In this document: positions 52,382 through 61,030 of the stretch, one piece after another
Numbering within the stretch: position 1 is the first letter of the stretch
Layout: each line of letters starts with the position of its first letter
DNA from: Rhizobium sp. Q54
Lineage (GTDB): Bacteria > Pseudomonadota > Alphaproteobacteria > SHVZ01
DNA length: 64,000 nt
NCBI GenBank assembly: GCA_945871425.1
Contig: CAMBVS010000010.1
Coordinates: forward strand, 6,543-70,542
Direction of reading: 5' to 3'
Translations under genes and position numbers: made by a program
The notes under the pieces: model-generated
Told to the model about the DNA's origin: nothing
The model's input: the letters and a program-made list of their open reading frames with translations, nothing else
Database searches by the model: none

Positions 52382-52720
52382 GTGAGCGACCCGACCATCG
52401 GCAACGGCAAGGGAACGAACGGCGGTCCACAGACCGGCGTTGTGGTCAAGGCCAAGCCCAAGACCAAGAAGCCGTCGATGTACAAGGTGCTGATGCTGAA
52501 CGACGACTACACGCCGATGGAGTTCGTCGTCCATGTGATCGAGCGCTTCTTTTCGAAGACGCGCGAAGAGGCGACGCGGATCATGCTTCATGTACATCAT
52601 CGCGGCGTCGGCATCTGCGGCGTCTTTACCTACGAGGTGGCCGAGACCAAAGTCACCCAGGTCATGGACTTCGCCCGTCAGCACCAGCACCCGCTGCAGT
52701 GCACGCTCGAGAAGGACTAG
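52382..52720 (+). CDS. clpS: ATP-dependent Clp protease adaptor ClpS
   Basis: [25 protein letters not shown]...[20 protein letters not shown] is the canonical ClpS core. GTG start. Confidence 0.95.
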   Translation: MSDPTIGNGKGTNGGPQTGVVVKAKPKTKKPSMYKVLMLNDDYTPMEFVVHVIERFFSKTREEATRIMLHVHHRGVGICGVFTYEVAETKVTQVMDFARQHQHPLQCTLEKD

Positions 52721-52736
52721 GAGGGCTTACGTGGGC

Positions 52737-55037
52737 ATGCTGTCGCGCAACCTCGAGAAGTCGCTCCACCGCGCGCTTGCGCTCGCAAACGAGCGCCGGC
52801 ACGAATACGCCACTCTCGAACATCTGCTGTTGTCGCTGACCGAAGACCAGGACGCGATCGCCGTGCTGCGCGCCTGCGGGGTCGAGGTCGAGAAGCTTCG
52901 CCGTGATCTCGCGGGCTACATCGAGAACGAGCTCCAGGCGCTGGTCTCCAAGCGTGGCGAGGAGGCAAAGCCGACGGCCGGATTCCAGCGCGTAGTCCAG
53001 CGTGCGGTGATCCACGTGCAATCCTCGGGACGGAGCGAGGTAACCGGCGCCAACGTGCTGGTGGCGCTGTTCTCCGAGCGGGAGAGCCACGCCGTCTATT
53101 TTCTGCAAGAGCAGGACATGTCTCGCTTCGATGCGGTCAACTACATCTCCCACGGCATCGCCAAGGTCGCCGGCCGCACCGAGCAGAAGACGGTGCGCGG
53201 CGCCGACGAGGATCAGCCGGCCCAGGAGAAGCCGAACAAGAAGGGCTCCGACGCGCTCGATTCCTATTGCGTCAACCTCAACCGCAAGGCCGCCGCCGGC
53301 AAGATCGACCCCCTGATCGGCCGCACCGACGAGGTCGAGCGCACCATCCAGATCCTCTGCCGTCGCACCAAGAACAACCCGCTCTATGTCGGCGATCCCG
53401 GCGTCGGCAAGACCGCGATCGCCGAAGGCCTGGCGCGCCGCATCGTCCAGGGCGAGGTTCCCGAGGTCCTCAAGGACGCCACCATCTTCGCCCTCGACAT
53501 GGGCGCGCTCCTGGCCGGCACGCGCTATCGCGGCGATTTCGAAGAGCGCCTCAAGGCGGTGATCACCGAGCTCGAGGCTCACGACAAGGCCATCCTCTTC
53601 ATCGATGAGATCCATACCGTGATCGGCGCCGGCGCCACCTCGGGCGGCGCCATGGATGCCTCGAACCTGCTGAAGCCGGCGCTGGCCTCCGGCACGCTCA
53701 GGTGCATCGGGTCCACCACCTACAAGGAATACCGGAACTACTTCGAGAAGGACCGGGCGCTGGTCCGCCGCTTCCAGAAGATCGACATCAACGAGCCCTC
53801 GGTCGAGGACTCGATCAAGATCCTCCAGGGGCTCCGCCCCTACTACGAGGAGCACCACAAAGTCCGCTACACCGCCGAGGCGATCAAGTCGGCAGTCGAG
53901 CTGGCGGCCCGCTACATCAACGACCGCAAGCTGCCCGACAAGGCGATCGACGTCATCGACGAGGTCGGCGCCGCCCAGATGCTGCAGCCGCCGTCGAAGC
54001 GCCGGAAGACCATCGGGGTGAAGGAGGTCGAGGCGATCGTCGCCAAGATCGCCCGCATCCCGCCGAAGAGCGTCTCGGCCGACGACAAGGCGGTGTTGAA
54101 GGATCTCGAGCGCGACCTGCGCACGGTGGTCTTCGGCCAGGACAAGGCGATCGAGGCATTGTCGGCGGCGATCAAGCTGTCGCGGGCGGGGCTCCGCGAG
54201 CCCGAGAAGCCGATCGGCTGCTACCTCTTCTCAGGGCCGACCGGCGTCGGCAAGACCGAGGTCGCCCGCCAGCTCGCCAAGGTGCTGGGGATCGAGCTCA
54301 CGCGCTTCGACATGTCGGAATACATGGAGCGCCACTCGGTCAGCCGGCTGATCGGCGCGCCGCCCGGCTATGTCGGCTTCGACCAGGGCGGGCTGCTGAC
54401 CGACGCGATCGACCAGCATCCGCACTGCGTGCTGCTGCTGGACGAGATCGAGAAGGCGCATCAGGATCTGTTCAACATCCTGCTGCAGGTGATGGATCAC
54501 GGGAAGCTGACCGACCACAACGGCAAGTCGGTCGACTTCCGCAACGTCATCCTGATCATGACCACGAACGCGGGCGCCGCCGACCTGATCAAGCCGCCGA
54601 TCGGCTTCGAGCGCTCGACGCGCGTCGGCGAGGACACCGAGGCGATCAACCGGCTGTTCACGCCCGAGTTCAGAAACCGGCTGGATGCCATCATCGGCTT
54701 CGCTGCACTCACCGCCGAGACCGTCAGCAAGGTGGTCGACAAGTTCGTCGCGCAGCTCGAAGCCCAGCTCGGCGAGCGCAACGTCGAGATCGAGCTGAGC
54801 GAGGCGGCGAAGCGCTGGCTTGCCGAAAAGGGCTACGACCCGCAATTCGGTGCCCGGCCGCTCGGCCGCATCATCCAGGAGCACGTGAAGAAGGCGCTGG
54901 CCGAGGAGCTGCTGTTCGGCAAGCTTTCGAACGGCGGGCGCGTCCGCGTCGACTTCGACGGCGAGAAGCTGGTGTTCAACTACCCCGCCCCGCCGGCGCC
55001 GCGCGAGGAGCCGAAGGTTCCCGCGCTGGTCGAATAG
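52737..55037 (+). CDS. clpA: ATP-dependent Clp protease ATP-binding subunit ClpA
   Basis: Clp N-domain ([27 protein letters not shown]) and two AAA+ modules ([32 protein letters not shown]). Alternative GTG start at 52731. Confidence 0.97.
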   Translation: MLSRNLEKSLHRALALANERRHEYATLEHLLLSLTEDQDAIAVLRACGVEVEKLRRDLAGYIENELQALVSKRGEEAKPTAGFQRVVQRAVIHVQSSGRSEVTGANVLVALFSERESHAVYFLQEQDMSRFDAVNYISHGIAKVAGRTEQKTVRGADEDQPAQEKPNKKGSDALDSYCVNLNRKAAAGKIDPLIGRTDEVERTIQILCRRTKNNPLYVGDPGVGKTAIAEGLARRIVQGEVPEVLKDATIFALDMGALLAGTRYRGDFEERLKAVITELEAHDKAILFIDEIHTVIGAGATSGGAMDASNLLKPALASGTLRCIGSTTYKEYRNYFEKDRALVRRFQKIDINEPSVEDSIKILQGLRPYYEEHHKVRYTAEAIKSAVELAARYINDRKLPDKAIDVIDEVGAAQMLQPPSKRRKTIGVKEVEAIVAKIARIPPKSVSADDKAVLKDLERDLRTVVFGQDKAIEALSAAIKLSRAGLREPEKPIGCYLFSGPTGVGKTEVARQLAKVLGIELTRFDMSEYMERHSVSRLIGAPPGYVGFDQGGLLTDAIDQHPHCVLLLDEIEKAHQDLFNILLQVMDHGKLTDHNGKSVDFRNVILIMTTNAGAADLIKPPIGFERSTRVGEDTEAINRLFTPEFRNRLDAIIGFAALTAETVSKVVDKFVAQLEAQLGERNVEIELSEAAKRWLAEKGYDPQFGARPLGRIIQEHVKKALAEELLFGKLSNGGRVRVDFDGEKLVFNYPAPPAPREEPKVPALVE

Positions 55038-55069
55038 GCATCGCGGGCTCTTAAGTCGCAGAAACGAAG

Positions 55070-55095
55070 CGGCCCGCTCCGGAAGGAGCGGGCCG
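55070..55095. terminator. GC hairpin between convergent clpA and the XRE regulator gene
   Basis: Perfect 11-bp stem cggcccgctcc / ggagcgggccg with loop GGAA. A T-rich tail (CTTCGTTTCT) is present only on the minus strand. Confidence 0.5.
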
Positions 55096-55124
55096 TAGTC
55101 GCGACTGGAGACGACGTCGAAGTA

Positions 55125-55604
55125 TCAGGCGGCCTGATCGGTCTCGTCGTCGAGATCGGCCTCGGCGGCTCCGGCGATCTGACGGATCAGGTCGCAGAGC
55201 CGGCGACGGACGGCGACGTCCTGGATCCGGTAGTAGGCGCGGACGAGTTCGAGGGTCTCGCGCTTGTTGAGAGGATCGGCGCTCGCCTTCATCGACTCCG
55301 GCATCTCGCGCACCGGCACCGGCTGGGTATCGGGCTCGAGGCCCTCGAAGAAATAGGTGATCGGCACGCCGAGCACGCGCGACAGCTCCCACAGCCGGCT
55401 GGCGCCGACCCGGTTGAAGCCACGCTCGTATTTCTGGACCTGCTGGAAGGTGAGGCCGAGGGCCTCGCCGAGCTGGGTCTGGCTCATCCCGAGCAGGGTG
55501 CGCCGCTGGCGGACCCGAAGGCCGACATGAGCGTCGACCGAACTGGCGCCGCGGGGGTTGTGGTTTTCGCTCTTTGCCGACTTCGCGGCAGCTTTCCTCG
55601 GCAT
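55125..55604 (-). CDS. XRE-family HTH transcriptional regulator (PhrR/PraR-like)
   Basis: 159 aa from MPRKAAAK (AGGAG RBS). VGLRVRQRRTLLGMSQTQLGEALGLTFQQVQKYERGFNRVGASRLWELSRVLGVPITYFFEG closely resembles rhizobial PhrR/PraR as I remember them. Confidence 0.8.
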   Translation of the reverse strand: MPRKAAAKSAKSENHNPRGASSVDAHVGLRVRQRRTLLGMSQTQLGEALGLTFQQVQKYERGFNRVGASRLWELSRVLGVPITYFFEGLEPDTQPVPVREMPESMKASADPLNKRETLELVRAYYRIQDVAVRRRLCDLIRQIAGAAEADLDDETDQAA

Positions 55605-55618
55605 AGCGAGACTCCTGG

Positions 55619-55637
55619 TTTCACGTGTTTTCACGTG
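55619..55637. promoter_or_regulatory. Tandem TTTCACGTG repeat (two CACGTG palindromes, 10-bp spacing) just upstream of the XRE regulator gene
   Basis: Read directly: tttcacgtg-t-tttcacgtg, 15-33 nt upstream of the start codon at 55604. Confidence 0.3.
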
Positions 55638-55878
55638 GGTTTTTTGGAGGTTTCTACCTCTTCTTGTCACAATTTGGGGCCGTGCGCGACCCGAAACAAT
55701 GCCAGCATCGGTCTTTTCCAAACAATTTTCAATAATTTTAGAGCAAACCCTAAACGCAACGTATGCCATGCAATCTCAACTACCCAGGGCGTTAACTCTC
55801 TACAGGATTGAAAGTAACGCCCATAAATCAACCGGCACTGCGGCAGGCGCCTCAAACACCCGCCTCACATTCTCGTGA

Positions 55879-56988
55879 TCACCGACGCCGTTCGGGGCTC
55901 AGCTCCTGCTCGAGATACTGACTGTATTTCGACATGGTGAAGCAAAAGACGAAGTAGACGGCCGCGGCGAAGAAATATGCTTCGGTCGAGAAGCCGAGCC
56001 AAAGCGGATCGGCCAGCGGTGCCCGGACCGAGAACAGGAAGTCGAAGAGGCCGACGATGATGATCAGCGTCGTGTCCTTGAAGAACCCGATGAATGTGCC
56101 GACCAGCGGTGGAATGACCATCTTCAGCGCCTGCGGCAGCACGATCAGGCGCATCGACTGCCAATAGGTGAGGCCGAGCGAGTCGGAAGCCTCGTACTGG
56201 CCGCGCGGGATGCCCTGGAGGCCAGCGCGCACCACCTCCGCCAGATATGCCGCGGCGAACAGGATGACCGCGACCTGCGCCCGGAGCAGCTTGTCCATGG
56301 TGGTCCCGGCCGGCAGGAACAGCGGCAGGATCACCGAGGCCATGAACAGGAGCGAGATCAGCGGCACGCCGCGGATGAGCTCGATGTAGCAGACCGACAG
56401 CATGCGGATCAGCGGCATCGTCGACCGCCGGCCGAGCGCCAGCACGATCGCCAGCGGGAAGGCCAGCACCAGGCCGAACAGGGAGAGCAGCAGGGTGACC
56501 GGGAGCCCGCTCCAGCGGTTGGTCGGCACCGCGGGGAGACCGAAGATGCCGCCGGCCATCAGGATCAGAAGCACGGGCACCGTCACCGCCCAGGCGTAGA
56601 GCAGCTCCTTCCGCCACAGGCTCTTGAACATCGAGGCGACGACCATGAAGATGAACAGGCCCATCACCAGGGTCGGCCGCCACAGCTCCTCGGCCGGGTA
56701 GACGCCGAAGATCATCACCCGCCATTTCTCGCCGAGGAACGCCCAGCAGGCGCCGGCCGACTTCCGGCAGTCCTGCGCGGTGCCTGAGAACGTCGCGTCG
56801 ATGATCAGCCAGTTGATGGTCTTCGGAATGAACCAGGCGAGGGCGAGAATACAGGCAATCGAGATCGCGCCATTCAGCGGGGTGCCGAAGAGGGCGCGCC
56901 AGGTTCTGAGCGCCAGACCACCCTTCTGCGAGGGCGGCGGGCCGACCAGATTCTTCGCCGAGGTGAAGTCGGTGGCGAGCTGGGACAT
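55879..56988 (-). CDS. aapM: General L-amino acid ABC transporter permease (AapM-like)
   Basis: 369 aa polar-amino-acid permease with a long N-terminal extension and EAA loop (QYEASDSLGLTYWQSMRLIVLPQAL). Gene order is J-Q-M. Confidence 0.8.
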   Translation of the reverse strand: MSQLATDFTSAKNLVGPPPSQKGGLALRTWRALFGTPLNGAISIACILALAWFIPKTINWLIIDATFSGTAQDCRKSAGACWAFLGEKWRVMIFGVYPAEELWRPTLVMGLFIFMVVASMFKSLWRKELLYAWAVTVPVLLILMAGGIFGLPAVPTNRWSGLPVTLLLSLFGLVLAFPLAIVLALGRRSTMPLIRMLSVCYIELIRGVPLISLLFMASVILPLFLPAGTTMDKLLRAQVAVILFAAAYLAEVVRAGLQGIPRGQYEASDSLGLTYWQSMRLIVLPQALKMVIPPLVGTFIGFFKDTTLIIIVGLFDFLFSVRAPLADPLWLGFSTEAYFFAAAVYFVFCFTMSKYSQYLEQELSPERRR

Positions 56989-57010
56989 GGGTCTCTGGCC
57001 TCCGCCTCGA

Positions 57011-58231
57011 TCACCGCTCCAGGAGCGCGATCTTTTTGTTGTACCAGTTCATGAAGGCCGAGATGAGCAGGCTCAGCGTCAGATAGACCGACATGAAGAT
57101 GGCGATCGCCTCGATCGGCTGTCCGGTCTGGTTCATCGTCGTGTTGGCGACGCTGACGAGGTCGGGATATCCCACCGCGATCGCAAGCGAGGAATTCTTG
57201 GTGTAGTTGAGGTAGGTCGACGTCATCGGCGGCACGATGATGCGCAGCGCCTGCGGCAGCACGATCAGCGTCAGGATCTTCGGGCGCTTCAGGCCGAGCG
57301 ACGACGCCGCTTCCCACTGACCGTGACTGACCGACTGGATTCCGGCGCGGACGATCTCCGCGACGAAGGCCGAGGTGTAGACGGTGAGGCCGATCAGGAG
57401 CGCCGCGAATTCCGGTGACAGCGTCATGCCACCCGAAAAGTTGAAGCCCTTCAGCTCGGGCATGTCGAGTTCGATCTTGGCGCCGGCGAGAAAGCCGACG
57501 ACGAGGGGCAATCCCAGGATCAGGCCGATCGCCGCGGGCAGCACCCGCGTCCGTTCGCCGGTCGCTTCCTGCTTGCGCCTGGCCCGCCGCACCAGCCAGA
57601 CCGTGCCGGCGATGCCGAGAGCGAGAGCGCCGGCTACCCACCAATGGCTCTCGTCGAGCACGAGGCCCGGCACCTTGATGCCGCGATTGGAGAGGAAGAC
57701 GCCCTCGATCGGATTCGCGGCCTGCCGCGGCTGCGGCAGCGAGATCACCATCGCGTACCAGAAGAACAGCTGAAGCAGCAGCGGGATGTTGCGGATGACC
57801 TCGATGTACGCGCTGATCAGCCGCGCCAGCAGCGGGTTCTTGGTCAGCCTGAGGACGCCGAGGAAGGTTCCGAGGAACGTCGTCAGGATGCAGCCGACGA
57901 CCGCCACCTTGATCGTGTTGAGGAAGCCGACCAAGAGCGCGCGACCGTAGGTATCGGCCGGGGAGTAGTCGATAACGCTCTCGCCGATGCCGAAGCTGGC
58001 CTCGCGGCCGAGGAATCCGAAGCCGGTGGCGATGCCGGCCTTGGAGAGGTTGGTGATGGCGTTGGAAGCGAACCACCCGGCGATGGCGAGGACGGCGAGG
58101 ACGACCGCGACCTGATAGAGGAGGGAGCGGACGTGCTGGTCGTTCCACCAAGCTCCGCCTCGCCTGAGACGCTGGCCTACCTGGTCGGCATAGGCGGCGG
58201 CCCCCGGGCGGGGCGCGTCGATCTGGCTCAT
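57011..58231 (-). CDS. aapQ: General L-amino acid ABC transporter permease (AapQ-like)
   Basis: 406 aa with EAA loop QWEAASSLGLKRPKILTLIVLPQALR. Size and order match AapQ. Confidence 0.8.
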   Translation of the reverse strand: MSQIDAPRPGAAAYADQVGQRLRRGGAWWNDQHVRSLLYQVAVVLAVLAIAGWFASNAITNLSKAGIATGFGFLGREASFGIGESVIDYSPADTYGRALLVGFLNTIKVAVVGCILTTFLGTFLGVLRLTKNPLLARLISAYIEVIRNIPLLLQLFFWYAMVISLPQPRQAANPIEGVFLSNRGIKVPGLVLDESHWWVAGALALGIAGTVWLVRRARRKQEATGERTRVLPAAIGLILGLPLVVGFLAGAKIELDMPELKGFNFSGGMTLSPEFAALLIGLTVYTSAFVAEIVRAGIQSVSHGQWEAASSLGLKRPKILTLIVLPQALRIIVPPMTSTYLNYTKNSSLAIAVGYPDLVSVANTTMNQTGQPIEAIAIFMSVYLTLSLLISAFMNWYNKKIALLER

Positions 58232-58272
58232 GTCCTGGTCCTCCCGCTCACGCGGAGCGCGGGGATGAAGAT

Positions 58273-58322
58273 CGAACCGCCCCGCGCGCCCTGGTGAGGG
58301 GCCGGGGGCGCGAGGCGGTTCG
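58273..58322. repeat. Long imperfect inverted repeat (19-nt arms, 2 mismatches) in the aapJ-aapQ intercistronic region
   Basis: cgaaccgccccgcgcgccc - 12 nt - gggggcgcgaggcggttcg. It lies 27 nt downstream of the aapJ stop on the transcribed (minus) strand. Confidence 0.55.
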
Positions 58323-58348
58323 AAGGCCTCAGCGGGCTCTCGTCTGGA

Positions 58349-59377
58349 TCAGCGCGCCGGCGGCGCGTACATCAAACCGCCGCGCGTCCACAGGTCGTTG
58401 ACGCCGCGCTCGAGCTGCAGCGGGGTCTTCGGCCCGAGATGGCGATCGTAGATCTCGCCGAAATTGCCGCTCGCCTTGACGACGTTGTAGGCCCACTTCT
58501 CGTCGAGGCCGAGGGCGGCGCCGTTGCCAGGCGTCACGCCGAGGAAGCGCTGGATGCGCGGGTCCTTGTTCTCCGCCACCATCTTGTCGATGTTGGCCTT
58601 GGTGATGCCGTATTCCTCGGCCTCGAGAAGGGCATAGACCGACCACTTGACGATGTCGAACCACTGGTCGTCGCCGTGCTTGACCACCGGCGCCAGGGGC
58701 TCCTTCGAGATGACGTCGGGCAGCACCACGTGGTCGGCCGGATTCGGCGCCAGCGAGCGGATGGCCGCCAGCGACGAGCGGTCGTTGGTCATCACATCGC
58801 AACGGCCTTCGAAGTAGGCGCGGCGGATCTCGTCGGCGTTCTCGATCACAACCGGCTTGAAGCTCATCCGGTTGGCGCGGAAGTAGTCGGCGAGGTTGAG
58901 CTCGGTGGTCGTGCCCGGAAGCACGCAGACGGTGGCGCCGTCGAGCTTGAGCGCGCTGGTGACGCCAAGCTTCTTCGGGATCAGGAAGCCCTGGCCGTCA
59001 TAGAAGACGGTCGGAGCGAAATTGAATCCCAGCTGGCTGTCGCGCGCGAGGGTCCAGGTGGTGTTGTTCGACAGCACGTCGACTTCGCCCGACTGCAGCG
59101 CCGGGAAACGGCTCTGCGAGGTGACGACGACGTACTCGACCTTCGTCGGGTTGCCGAACATCGCCGCGGCGATCGCCTTGCAGACGTCGATGTTGAAGCC
59201 TTGCCAGGCGCCGGAAGAGTCGGTGTAGCCCCAGCCCGGTGTCGGCTGCGCCGTGCCGCATTTGAAGGACCCGCGCGCTTTGATCGCGTCGAGGATGGTG
59301 CCGGCCTCGGCCGGTGTGCCGGCAACGGCCGTGAATGCCACAGCCGCCGCAGCGGCGAATAGCCTAGTGAACCGCAT
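58349..59377 (-). CDS. aapJ: General L-amino acid ABC transporter substrate-binding protein (AapJ-like)
   Basis: 342 aa with a signal peptide. ILDAIKARGSFKCGT...GFNIDVCKAIAAAMFGNPTKVEYV resembles AapJ/BztA. Confidence 0.82.
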   Translation of the reverse strand: MRFTRLFAAAAAVAFTAVAGTPAEAGTILDAIKARGSFKCGTAQPTPGWGYTDSSGAWQGFNIDVCKAIAAAMFGNPTKVEYVVVTSQSRFPALQSGEVDVLSNNTTWTLARDSQLGFNFAPTVFYDGQGFLIPKKLGVTSALKLDGATVCVLPGTTTELNLADYFRANRMSFKPVVIENADEIRRAYFEGRCDVMTNDRSSLAAIRSLAPNPADHVVLPDVISKEPLAPVVKHGDDQWFDIVKWSVYALLEAEEYGITKANIDKMVAENKDPRIQRFLGVTPGNGAALGLDEKWAYNVVKASGNFGEIYDRHLGPKTPLQLERGVNDLWTRGGLMYAPPAR

Positions 59378-59484
59378 GTAAAGCCTCCTGGTTGTAGCGT
59401 TGCCCTTAGAGCAGAGCTTCTTGCTTCAATTGTCAAAATTTAGCGGCATTTCACCGCTGGCGCTACTGCTCGCTCAGACTGGCG

Positions 59485-59520
59485 AACAAAAGAAGACGGC
59501 GGCCCTTGGGAGGGCCGCCG
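59485..59520 (-). terminator. Rho-independent terminator after the flagellin gene
   Basis: 9-bp stem cggcggccc / gggccgccg with a 6-nt loop. On the minus strand it is followed by TCTTCTTTTGTTC. Confidence 0.7.
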
Positions 59521-59567
59521 CGAAGACTGCGATCAGAGGCTGCGAAAGTAGGACGCGTCGCCAAGGA

Positions 59568-60386
59568 TCAGCGGAAGAGGCCGAGGATCGACTGCGGCTG
59601 GCGGTTGGCGATGTTGAGGGTCAGATTCGAAAGCTGCCCGCGCGCGGCTTCGGCCTGGCTGCGGACGGCGGTCTGGCCGAGATCGGCGTCGACGATAGCG
59701 CCTAGCCCTTCGGCCGTCGCGTCGTTCAGGATCGACAGGAACTGCGACTGGTTGTTCAGCGTGCGGGTGTCGGCGCCGACGTTGCCGAGCACGCTGGCGA
59801 GGCCGGCCTGGGTCTGCTGGAGCGCCGAGAAGGCCTGCGCCGCCGCCGCCGGGGTCGCCAGCGACTGGGCGCCGAGATTGGCCGTCTGGGTCGCGAATCC
59901 GGAGGCTGACTGCACCGTCAGCGTCGTGCCGTCGATGTTGGCCAGGACGTTGAGCGAGGTCGATCCGGCCGAGAGCAGGTTGCGGCCGTTGAAGCTGGCG
60001 TTCTGGATGGTCTGGTTGAGCTGGGCGACCTGGGCCTGGAAGTCGGCGTTGATGATCGCCTGCTGCTCGGATGTATTGCCGGGGTTCTGCCCGGCGATCA
60101 CCGTCGCGTTCAGGTTGGCGAGCTGCTCGGAGGCCGCGGTCGCCGCCGCATTGGTGACGGCCAGCACGCCGCGGGCGTTGTCGATGCCCTGCTCGACCGC
60201 GCCGAACGACTTGAGGTCGCCCTGCAGGATCTGGCCGATGGTGAAGGCGGAGGCATTGTCGACCGCGTTGTTGACGCGCTTGCCGGTCGCCTGCTGGCGG
60301 CCGAGCACGTCGCGATTGCGTTCGATCGCGTTGGCGTTTTGAAGGGCGGTCGCGGCGCCGGAATTGGTGAGGATCGAGTTGGCCAT
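59568..60386 (-). CDS. Flagellin (short, 272 aa alphaproteobacterial type)
   Basis: From MANSILTNSGAATALQNANAI. It has a conserved N-terminal D0/D1 (GKRVNNAVDNASAFTIGQ) and a C-terminus (AEAARGQLSNLTLNIANRQPQSILGLFR). The 33-codon upstream extension in the track ORF is rejected. Confidence 0.9.
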   Translation of the reverse strand: MANSILTNSGAATALQNANAIERNRDVLGRQQATGKRVNNAVDNASAFTIGQILQGDLKSFGAVEQGIDNARGVLAVTNAAATAASEQLANLNATVIAGQNPGNTSEQQAIINADFQAQVAQLNQTIQNASFNGRNLLSAGSTSLNVLANIDGTTLTVQSASGFATQTANLGAQSLATPAAAAQAFSALQQTQAGLASVLGNVGADTRTLNNQSQFLSILNDATAEGLGAIVDADLGQTAVRSQAEAARGQLSNLTLNIANRQPQSILGLFR

Positions 60387-60532
60387 GATGGGAATCCCAT
60401 TTTTCCGTTTCTCGGGGGATAAATAAAAAGATAGCACCGAATGCCCGCCCCGGCAACGACTATTACGCCGGCTTTTCGCGTACAACTCTCTGAGATCTCA
60501 AAAGAATTCGACTCTGACGGAAGCGTGTGAAG

Positions 60533-60548
60533 TTAAGCATCCATTAAC
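60533..60548. promoter_or_regulatory. CtrA-box-like motif TTAA-N7-TTAAC upstream of the flagellin gene
   Basis: Read directly: TTAAgcatccaTTAAC, about 150 nt upstream of the flagellin ATG, in the 168-nt intergenic region. Confidence 0.4.
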
Positions 60549-60554
60549 CGTCCA

Positions 60555-61028
60555 TCACAGTGGAAAGACAAGACAAGTCGCGGTGCCGTGGGCAAGAAGC
60601 CGGCCCTGGGCGTCGGTCAGGCGGCCCTCGGAGGTTCCGATCCGCTTCCCGGCGCTGATGATCCGACCTTCTGCCCGAACCGGCCCGGTCTTGTCTGTGA
60701 CGGCGCGCACGAAGTTCACCTTTATCTCGACCGTGGTGTAGCCGAAGCCGGCGGGGATAGTCGTCTGAACGGCGCAGCTCATCGCCGAGTCCAGCAGGGT
60801 GGCGATGTAGCCGCCATGGACCGAGCCGATCGGGTTGTAGACCTTGAAGTCGGGCGTGCCGACGAAGAGCGCCCGCCCCTCCTCGACCTCGGTGAGCGTG
60901 AATCCCAGATGGTGGGCGATCGGCGGCGGCGGCAGCCGCCCCCCCATGATCCCCTTCAAGAACTCGAGGCCGGTGAGGCGCTTAACCTCCTCGATCGGCG
61001 TCAGGCCGGGAAGGAGCGGCTCGGTCAT
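60555..61028 (-). CDS. PaaI-family hotdog-fold thioesterase
   Basis: 157 aa. NPIGSVHGGYIATLLDSAMSCAV is the PaaI/4HBT motif. It starts 2 nt after the prfB stop, so it is likely co-transcribed. Confidence 0.85.
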   Translation of the reverse strand: MTEPLLPGLTPIEEVKRLTGLEFLKGIMGGRLPPPPIAHHLGFTLTEVEEGRALFVGTPDFKVYNPIGSVHGGYIATLLDSAMSCAVQTTIPAGFGYTTVEIKVNFVRAVTDKTGPVRAEGRIISAGKRIGTSEGRLTDAQGRLLAHGTATCLVFPL

Positions 61029-61030
61029 GC

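Noticed and set aside
60387-60532. Sigma54 (-24/-12) or sigma28 promoter for the flagellin gene
   Set aside because: The candidate GG...GC pairs have 8- or 13-nt spacing instead of 10. No TAAA-N15-GCCGATAA-like element is present, so no promoter class is called.
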